Virus record (IMG/VR): IMGVR_UViG_3300050143_000080
Location: 1 to 37,274 of that record
Reading direction: 5' to 3' (one strand)
DNA: 37,274 bases
From: a virus
Lineage: Duplodnaviria; Caudoviricetes
The position numbers and the translations under genes are program-made. The notes under the pieces were generated by a model. The model saw only the letters and a list, made by a program, of their open reading frames with translations, searched no databases and was not told where the DNA came from. This document shows positions 1-6,056 of the stretch, one piece after another (within the stretch, counting starts at the first letter, position 1; each line of letters begins with the position of its first letter).

Positions 1-9
1 GGCGCTAAA

Positions 10-43
10 TCAAACGCTCGGCCTAGCGGCCCAGCTTGGTGTT
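10..43. repeat. Conserved hairpin motif, copy 1 (companion of attC-like site 1)
   Basis: TCAAA-C-GCT-C-GGCC-TAGC-GGCC-C-AGC-TT-GGTGTT; same architecture as 1059-1096; ends 28 nt before GCCTAAC. Confidence 0.6.
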
Positions 44-71
44 GTGCCCATGTTGGGCGGTGTGGCTACTG

Positions 72-126
72 GCCTAACTCTCCGTTCAACGCGGACGCTT
101 CGCGCCGGTTAACTTTTGGGTTAGGC
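72..126 (+). other. Integron attC-like recombination site 1 (55 bp)
   Basis: GCCTAAC-TCTCC-GTTCAAC-GCGGACGCTTCGCGCCG-GTTAAC-TTTTGG-GTTAGGC: RYYYAAC and GTTRRRY cores, 5/6-nt spacers, L boxes with one unpaired C, central hairpin. Confidence 0.8.
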
Positions 127-345
127 CTTCAAGCCCAGGGCTTCGCGCATTGTTCTTTGCGCAGCCCATATGCCCTGTTGGTAGGCTTCGTTGCAGCACT
201 TGGCGGCAGCCTCCGCATCTGGCGCGGAGCTGAAGCGCATCTCAGGCCACAGCGTGCCAGCGTTGTAGCCAAAGCCATTGCCGGGCCCATCAACGCACGG
301 CCTACGGTCGCTGCCGATGCTGGATTTGTACGGTTTTGTGTCCAT
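121..345 (-). CDS. Hypothetical phage protein (74 aa, MDTKPYK...)
   Basis: GAGG RBS before ATG at 345; TAA stop lies inside the attC-like core. Confidence 0.7.
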   Translation of the reverse strand: MDTKPYKSSIGSDRRPCVDGPGNGFGYNAGTLWPEMRFSSAPDAEAAAKCCNEAYQQGIWAAQRTMREALGLKA

Positions 346-355
346 GCCGCGCCCC

Positions 356-742
356 TCAAAGTTCACAGAGGGTGTTCTGGCCTGGTGCATGCCTCGCGCG
401 GCACGCTGGGCAGGTGTCCTGTTCTTCCACATCGAGCAGGTCCACCGTGGTGTTTGCCATCTCGTGCGAGCAGTCATCCAGGAATTGCGCCTGGCCATCG
501 TTGATCCACGAATGGCAGCGGAAGTTGTGGCCCTGGGTCAACACGCTGGGGCGCAGTGTGGGTGCGTCGGTGCTGCCGTTCCACGTCCAGCAGCCGGTGC
601 CAGCGCGTGTGCCGCTTTGAATCACGGGTAGGGACAGGCGACCTGTTGGGCCTGGGATGTTCAGGGTCACGTGCGTGGCGTCTTCAGCGGCGCATGGCAC
701 ATAGCCTTCGCCATAGACCAGCCTCACGGGCAATGCTTTCAT
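356..742 (-). CDS. DUF6527-like Cys/His-rich protein
   Basis: WTWNGSTDAPTLRPSV and RCHSWINDGQAQFLDDCSH motifs; AAAGGA RBS before ATG at 742. Confidence 0.75.
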   Translation of the reverse strand: MKALPVRLVYGEGYVPCAAEDATHVTLNIPGPTGRLSLPVIQSGTRAGTGCWTWNGSTDAPTLRPSVLTQGHNFRCHSWINDGQAQFLDDCSHEMANTTVDLLDVEEQDTCPACRARHAPGQNTLCEL

Positions 743-774
743 TTTTGGTCCTTTGATGATGTTGCTGGGCTTGA

Positions 775-1023
775 TCATGCGGATGGCTCGGTCATCTCAA
801 CAAACGCGGCCAGGTAGCAAACAGCGGCCATGCCTCCGGTTTCTTTGGCTGCGTGCATCGCGGCCTGAAGCTCGTTCATTTCCGTGGTCTTGGTCATCGA
901 CTTGATGGTCTGGCTGTAGGCATCCATGCGGGCCTTGTAGCCGTCGCCAAACAGCCGCTTGGCGGTGTCGCGGCACTCATAGAGCTTGGCCGCCATCTGC
1001 ACGTGTTGCTGAGTTGCGTTCAT
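775..1023 (-). CDS. Hypothetical phage protein (82 aa, MNATQQHVQ...)
   Basis: GGAGAG RBS before ATG at 1023; helical-looking sequence; 3' part of track ORF 775..1386. Confidence 0.75.
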   Translation of the reverse strand: MNATQQHVQMAAKLYECRDTAKRLFGDGYKARMDAYSQTIKSMTKTTEMNELQAAMHAAKETGGMAAVCYLAAFVEMTEPSA

Positions 1024-1058
1024 CGTTGCTCTCCGCAAGCCTTCGGCCTGCTCGGTTG

Positions 1059-1096
1059 TCAAAGCGCCCACCGCTGTGCGGTCGGCTTGTGGTGTT
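1059..1096. repeat. Conserved hairpin motif, copy 2 (companion of attC-like site 2)
   Basis: TCAAA-GC-GCC-C-ACCGC-TGT-GCGGT-C-GGC-TT-GT-GGTGTT; ends 28 nt before GCCTAAC. Confidence 0.6.
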
Positions 1097-1124
1097 TGGT
1101 CAGGCCCTGGGCATCTGCCACCAG

Positions 1125-1181
1125 GCCTAACCGGCGGTTCAACGCGGACGCCTACGGCGCCGGTTAACCTGGGGGTTACAC
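1125..1181 (+). other. Integron attC-like recombination site 2 (57 bp)
   Basis: GCCTAAC-CGGCG-GTTCAAC-GCGGACGCCTACGGCGCCG-GTTAAC-CTGGGG-GTTACAC; boxes match site 1 while spacers and loop differ. Confidence 0.78.
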
Positions 1182-1424
1182 GGCCCTGGTGGCGGCCTTC
1201 GTGAACTCCACCAGGGCCGCGATATGCATCTTCTGGATAGCCGTCTTGCTGCTGCCGCCTTCCAGCCATTCGCCCACCGCGATCGCGCTGAGCTTGAGCT
1301 GGCGGGCGTCTTCCTTGGCCTTGGCTGCAGCGGCGCGCTCCTTCTTCAGGCGGTCGCACGGCTGCGATCTGCCATCCCTCAGCCACGGGTCATCTCCACA
1401 GTCGTTCAGGCAGTCGCACTTCAC
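1176..1424 (-). CDS. Hypothetical protein with N-terminal CxCxxxCGDD motif
   Basis: Probable GTG start at 1424 just after the upstream stop (start uncertain); TAA stop inside attC-like site 2. Confidence 0.65.
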   Translation of the reverse strand: MKCDCLNDCGDDPWLRDGRSQPCDRLKKERAAAAKAKEDARQLKLSAIAVGEWLEGGSSKTAIQKMHIAALVEFTKAATRAV

Positions 1425-1425
1425 C

Positions 1426-1842
1426 TCAGACCCCAACCGCCGTGGTCAGCAGTTCGTGAAAGTAGGTCGCACGGTCGGCAGACAGTTGGCTTACTTCAGC
1501 GGCTGCCATTTCGTCTGCGGTCATGAAGTTCTGTGGCTCGGCGCGATAGCCGTTCTCCCATGCCTCAAAGGCCTTGGCCATCTGCTCGATGTTGACCTTG
1601 ATGGTCTGCGGCTTGCGTGTCGCCTGGGCGCCATCCGCTGTGCCGAATGCAGCAATGCGTGCGCCAAGGATCTCGGAGTACTCCCACATCACTTCGCATT
1701 GCTCTTTCAGTCGATCTTGTTCGGCCGCGTCAAGCGTGGGGAAAATGGCGCTCTCGGCGATAAACTTGCTCAGGGCCGTGGCCTTGGTGTCCAGGTCGGT
1801 CTTCTCGTGAATGACGCGCTGTTGGTGGGGTCGCAGTTGCAT
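1426..1842 (-). CDS. crAss001_48-related protein with C-terminal extension
   Basis: PHQQRV..EK..LD.K...L..FI....F..L...EQ..L..Q...M..YS.IL..RIAAF pattern in the first ~66 aa. Confidence 0.7.
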   Translation of the reverse strand: MQLRPHQQRVIHEKTDLDTKATALSKFIAESAIFPTLDAAEQDRLKEQCEVMWEYSEILGARIAAFGTADGAQATRKPQTIKVNIEQMAKAFEAWENGYRAEPQNFMTADEMAAAEVSQLSADRATYFHELLTTAVGV

Positions 1843-1894
1843 GTTTCGCTTTCAGGGTTGCGGTGGCTTTTGGGCCTGTGCCACCTGCAGGTTG

Positions 1895-2137
1895 TTATTC
1901 CTCGGGCGGCGTAGCAAGAGGCCCCCAAATGGGGATCACCTCGGCTCGCAAGTCCATGCGCCTGTTGAGCGCTGCCATAAAGCGGTTCAGTTGCAGCAGT
2001 GAGTGCGCGTAGGCTTCACCAGCGCCAGTGCCGGACCAGCTTCCGTCTTCTCGTTCCTGTGCAAACCAAAACTTGACGTGGTAGCCGGTGGGTTTCCTGG
2101 CTCTGCGTCGTTCTTGCAGGAAATATGGGAGGCTCAT
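1895..2137 (-). CDS. Hypothetical protein (80 aa)
   Basis: ATGA overlap with the upstream gene; co-oriented with the operon. Confidence 0.6.
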   Translation of the reverse strand: MSLPYFLQERRRARKPTGYHVKFWFAQEREDGSWSGTGAGEAYAHSLLQLNRFMAALNRRMDLRAEVIPIWGPLATPPEE

Positions 2138-2469
2138 TCCGACTCGCCTCCAGGACCTTCCCCACAGCCATCGCTCGCGTCACCGATCTGCTGCTCTTCC
2201 CAGTCGATCAGCTCGCGGGCCTTGCGAACTTCAAAGCGGTGTACCAGTTCGGAGCGGCTGAGCATGGTTGTGGGCATCTGGACAGCGGTCACAGAGGCGC
2301 GCTGGTCGGACACATGGAGTCCATCGCGCCAGCCGCTGCCTTTGCATGGGCCGCACACAATGGCAGGCCGCCCAGGCCCGTCTGGGCTGTCTGCTTCGCC
2401 ATGATCGGTGTAGCCCGAGCCTTCGCAGTTGGGGCAGTGAGTGTCGGAAATGCTTGGATGTGTATTCAT
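2134..2469 (-). CDS. Small protein with two DnaJ-type CxxCxGxG zinc-finger repeats
   Basis: CPNCEGSG and CGPCKGSG; ATGA coupling at both ends. Confidence 0.7.
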   Translation of the reverse strand: MNTHPSISDTHCPNCEGSGYTDHGEADSPDGPGRPAIVCGPCKGSGWRDGLHVSDQRASVTAVQMPTTMLSRSELVHRFEVRKARELIDWEEQQIGDASDGCGEGPGGESE

Positions 2470-2693
2470 TCGTTACTCTCTCTTTTCGTGGCTTTGCTCC
2501 AGGTCTCATAAGCTGACCAAAACGGTGAGCGGCTGCCTGGTTGGCGGGTCTTTGGCTCTCCGTCCTGGCGCAGCACGATGGGGCCGCAGTAGTGGTGCTG
2601 TTCAAATCGCCACGTGCGGCCTGCTGCGTCTTTGATGGTGTGCTCGGGCCCACTGGTGGTCAGGCTCACACCGTTGCAACTGACGCAGCACAA
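2466..2693 (-). CDS. Hypothetical protein (~75 aa, start uncertain)
   Basis: Fills the operon gap; stop overlaps the next ATG. Confidence 0.55.
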   Translation of the reverse strand: MCCVSCNGVSLTTSGPEHTIKDAAGRTWRFEQHHYCGPIVLRQDGEPKTRQPGSRSPFWSAYETWSKATKRESNE

Positions 2694-2715
2694 GCGCAGG
2701 TCTAGTCCAGGCGCG

Positions 2716-2991
2716 TCACTTGCCAGACTTCCACCGGCATTCAGGTTTGATCGACTCAGGCGCTCTCAGCGCTTGGTAATAGGCCGTTTCTCGGCAAGCA
2801 CTGACGACGTCATCCCAGTCGTTGTAGTGGGTCGAAACGGGGCCTGCTGGCAGCGCCTTGAGGCACTGCTGGAACTGCTCAGCACGAATGCACTGGTCCG
2901 GTTCTGACTGTGTTCCGCTGGCTGGAAATGACTCTTCGGTGCAGCCTGCCAATGCAATCAGCAAGGTCAAGGCAAAGCTCATTTTGCGCAT
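2716..2991 (-). CDS. Putative small lipoprotein
   Basis: MRKMSFALTLLIALAG-C signal peptide with LAGC lipobox; further Cys residues in the mature part. Confidence 0.75.
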   Translation of the reverse strand: MRKMSFALTLLIALAGCTEESFPASGTQSEPDQCIRAEQFQQCLKALPAGPVSTHYNDWDDVVSACRETAYYQALRAPESIKPECRWKSGK

Positions 2992-2993
2992 GG

Positions 2994-3374
2994 TCAGTCC
3001 ACCTTCACGACATTGAACCGGCGTTCCATCTCGCACATAGCCAAGGCATCCACATCGCCAGTGCAAAAGATGAAGTTGGGTGTATTCATGGTCATCACCG
3101 GCTTCATCAAGCGGTTGACTTGCATCTGTGGGCTAGAAATCATCGACTTCAAGTGGTGTCGCCACTTCTGATCGTCTGTGAAGCCATAGACAACAACGGT
3201 CTTGATGGATTCGTGCATCCAGGGCTGAAACAGATCCAGGGCCTCGTCAAGGTCAATCTCTGTGTAGGGGCCATTTGCCCTTGCGAGCGTGCGAACAAGC
3301 ATTTGGGCCTTGAAGTACTGACGCGCCGCAATGACAGTGGCCGTGTATGGGTGCAATTCGACGTTCATGCTCAA
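2994..3374 (-). CDS. Truncated, degenerate homologue of the primase-helicase NTPase domain
   Basis: LKSMISSPQMQVN..., NFIF and ERRFNVVKVD align by eye with IQNMITNETIQIN..., NFIF and DRRFTVIKVE of 14259..16838. Confidence 0.65.
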   Translation of the reverse strand: MSMNVELHPYTATVIAARQYFKAQMLVRTLARANGPYTEIDLDEALDLFQPWMHESIKTVVVYGFTDDQKWRHHLKSMISSPQMQVNRLMKPVMTMNTPNFIFCTGDVDALAMCEMERRFNVVKVD

Positions 3375-3673
3375 GCCGCCTCACTGCTCTGGTCTGCATT
3401 GGCCGCAGTGCCTGCCGGCGCGATCGCGCCCATGGCCTGGATGGGTGCAGACACAACACGCAGGTGCCCGCGGCCCTTGAGGGTCTCGCGGTAGCAGTTC
3501 ACGGCCACGGCCTGGGCTTCCTTGGCCACGTCGCTGCCGCTGGCCACCACCTGGCCATCCAGCACGATGGCAAGCACCGCCGGGCGGCCGTTCACGGTCA
3601 CGCGCAGGCCCTCGTGGGTCACTGCGCTGATCTCAATGGCGCCAAGGGCGCCGGTGGGTTGGGTACCGATCAT
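3371..3673 (-). CDS. Hypothetical protein (100 aa)
   Basis: ATGA coupling at both ends. Confidence 0.7.
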   Translation of the reverse strand: MIGTQPTGALGAIEISAVTHEGLRVTVNGRPAVLAIVLDGQVVASGSDVAKEAQAVAVNCYRETLKGRGHLRVVSAPIQAMGAIAPAGTAANADQSSEAA

Positions 3674-4002
3674 GTCGAGGCCTTTCTGATGACGACACGG
3701 CCCTCACAGGGCTTGCCGATCTCTTGCAGGGTGGGTGCGCGCCAGATGCCCTGTGCGCTGGGTTGGGCGATCAGGTCGCCACGTTGGATGAGGTCTTGCG
3801 GCCGCGTGGGGCTGTAGCCCGAAGGCGTGGGCGCTGCGTCGGTTTGCTTGACCACGTTGACCATGCCGCTGGCCTCGCGTGACCAGTAGCAGCCCGGCTC
3901 TGGCAGTAGGCCCTGCACCAGTGGCACCAGCTGGCCCACCAGGTGGCGGTACCACATGAGGTGGTCGCTGCAGGTCAGGATGAGCAGGTGGGTGTTGGTC
4001 AT
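3670..4002 (-). CDS. Hypothetical protein (110 aa, MTNTHLL...)
   Basis: ATG at 4002 overlaps the methyltransferase stop (ATGA). Confidence 0.65.
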   Translation of the reverse strand: MTNTHLLILTCSDHLMWYRHLVGQLVPLVQGLLPEPGCYWSREASGMVNVVKQTDAAPTPSGYSPTRPQDLIQRGDLIAQPSAQGIWRAPTLQEIGKPCEGRVVIRKAST

Positions 4003-5624
4003 GCCGCGGCCCTCAGCTCGTGATGCATTGCTTTGTTTGCCCGCACCAGCGCTTCCAACGGGTGAGGTGACACGCTGTTGCCGCACATCTTGGTCTGGGC
4101 CTTCTTGCTCAGCGTGATGCGCTGGCCGTGCTCGTCAATGCCCCAGTCGATGATGTAGCCGCTGGGAAAGCCCTGCATGGTGTACAGCTCACGCGGCGTG
4201 AGCATGCGCAGGCCGATGTCAACGATCACGAACGGCTGCCCCTTGATCATCACCGTGACCAGTGCGAGGCGGTCTCGGGTGGTGATCGTGGCTGCAGGGT
4301 CCCTCAGGTCGCTCCATTGGCCGCCGGTGCCGTAGTAGCGCATCAGGAAGGCCGCAACCCGCAGGGCGCCTTCTTCTTGCTCGGGCGCCAGTGTCACAGC
4401 CACCAGCTGTTGCTGGCTGCCGGTGTTCGTGATGGTGCTGACAGGTTCGCGCAAGTCGCGGGCATGGGTGGTGTTGAAGCCACCATTCATTTGAGCCAGG
4501 AAGGCCGCACACAGGGCATGCTTGCCCGCTCCCGCCACGATGGTGCCCAGGGGTTGCTGCAGATCCAGCGCTCGCGGTGCTTGGCCCTTGCGTTCGCCAT
4601 AGCCTGTCTGCACCAGGGTGGGCGCCACCACGGCAAAGCTGCCGCCGGCGGGCTGCGCTGTGATTGTGCGCACGGGCTCTTGCAGCGAATCTACCCGGGT
4701 GCGTGACCAGTTGGCGATCTCCACCAGGAAGGGCTCACCAGCCTCAAGCACATAGCGTTTGATGCCAGTGGCCACACGTGTGAGCGTGGCATCTGCGAGA
4801 GGCCGCTTGCGCTCAAAGATGCTGGGCACCGGGACAGACCAGTCAATGCAAGATGCAGCCGATCGCCATGGCTTGAGGCCTTTGCCGGGCTTGCGTGCAT
4901 GGCTGGGTGCTGGCCATTGCAGCGGCAAGCCATCACAGCGGCCCACCATGAACAGCCGTTCGCGGGTGGTGGGCGCACCATGGTTGGCTGCCACCAGGGT
5001 GCCCCAGCGCAGTTGATAGCCCAGGTCGCGCAGCACGCTGGTGAAGCGGTGCCAGCATTGGCCCTTGCGCTTGGTGCATGGCACCAGGAACTGGCGGTCA
5101 ACGGGCACGCGCTCGCCTTTGGCTGCCACACGGTTGTTGCCGGTGGTGGGGTCGATGTCCAGCGTGATCACGCGGCCCGTGGTTGCGCAGCGTTTGGCCA
5201 CCAGGGGTGACCACTGCAGGATCTGCTCGACGTTCTCCAGCGTGAACATCTTGGGCGCCTGGCCACGCTTGGCCAACTTGCCCAGCCACTTGCACACCAC
5301 CCAACTGAGCGATCGCACCTTGCGGTCGCGCGGCTGGCCACCCTTGGCCTGGCTGAAGTGGGTGCAGTCAGGGCTCGCGTGCAAGTGGCCAATGGGCCGG
5401 CCGCGTGTCACAGCGATGGGGTCAACGTCCCACACCGATTCACAGAAGTGCTCGGCCTGTGGGTGGTTGGCGCGGTGCATGGCCACGGCCTCGGGGTCGT
5501 GGTTGATGCAGATGTCCACATGCCGGCCGTAAGCCTCTTCAAGGGCCGTGCTTGCGCCACCGCCACCGGCGAACAGGTCGACCCGCAGTTCGTCTTCGAT
5601 GTCGAGAATGAACTGCTTGCTCAT
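3999..5624 (-). CDS. DNA (cytosine-5)-methyltransferase, orphan phage type
   Basis: Motif I DLFAGGGG, motif IV SPDC, motif VI ENV, motif VIII TTRERL, motif IX RMLTPRE, motif X GNSV. Confidence 0.95.
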   Translation of the reverse strand: MSKQFILDIEDELRVDLFAGGGGASTALEEAYGRHVDICINHDPEAVAMHRANHPQAEHFCESVWDVDPIAVTRGRPIGHLHASPDCTHFSQAKGGQPRDRKVRSLSWVVCKWLGKLAKRGQAPKMFTLENVEQILQWSPLVAKRCATTGRVITLDIDPTTGNNRVAAKGERVPVDRQFLVPCTKRKGQCWHRFTSVLRDLGYQLRWGTLVAANHGAPTTRERLFMVGRCDGLPLQWPAPSHARKPGKGLKPWRSAASCIDWSVPVPSIFERKRPLADATLTRVATGIKRYVLEAGEPFLVEIANWSRTRVDSLQEPVRTITAQPAGGSFAVVAPTLVQTGYGERKGQAPRALDLQQPLGTIVAGAGKHALCAAFLAQMNGGFNTTHARDLREPVSTITNTGSQQQLVAVTLAPEQEEGALRVAAFLMRYYGTGGQWSDLRDPAATITTRDRLALVTVMIKGQPFVIVDIGLRMLTPRELYTMQGFPSGYIIDWGIDEHGQRITLSKKAQTKMCGNSVSPHPLEALVRANKAMHHELRAAA

Positions 5625-6055
5625 GCTGCCGCCTGATACACCACACCGCGCTCAGTGCTGACCTTCTCCATGGCCCACAGCACAGCCTCTTCAGCGGTCT
5701 GGCGGTCGACAAACTCTGCCAGGCGGTCCATCACACCCACGCCGAAGCGGGCCAGCTCGTACTGAGACTGGTCCTTGAACTCGACGATGCCGCTGAGTTT
5801 GTAGCGGTCGACGATGTCTTGCATCAGCGTGACCTGAGGGATGATCTCAGGCAGACCCACATGCCTCACCTCGGCCACGCGTGACCACGCCAGCACCGTG
5901 ACAACTGCATCCCACAGGATCTGTTCATCCGCAGTGCGGGTGTGGATCGCGTCCAGGTTGATCGCATGCACCAGCCCCAGGTCTCGCACTTGGTCCTTGG
6001 TGAGCTTGGGCCGCAGGTAGGGCGGCACCTCTTTGTGTCGTCTGCCGTGGTGCAT
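5621..6055 (-). CDS. Hypothetical phage protein (144 aa)
   Basis: GGAGG RBS; stop overlaps the next ATG. Confidence 0.75.
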   Translation of the reverse strand: MHHGRRHKEVPPYLRPKLTKDQVRDLGLVHAINLDAIHTRTADEQILWDAVVTVLAWSRVAEVRHVGLPEIIPQVTLMQDIVDRYKLSGIVEFKDQSQYELARFGVGVMDRLAEFVDRQTAEEAVLWAMEKVSTERGVVYQAAA

Positions 6056-6056
6056 C

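Noticed and set aside
775-1386. 203-aa ORF reading through attC-like site 2 (VTPRLTGAVGVRVEPPVRP)
   Set aside because: The 5' part overlaps the 1176..1424 gene in another frame and translates the palindrome; a good RBS supports the start at 1023
1859-1900. Possible third attC-like site (bulged stem TGCGGTGGC/GCCACCTGCA, then GTTA holding a stop codon)
   Set aside because: No AAC core on the left, no L-box similarity to sites 1 and 2, and no companion hairpin; more likely an ordinary intergenic stem-loop
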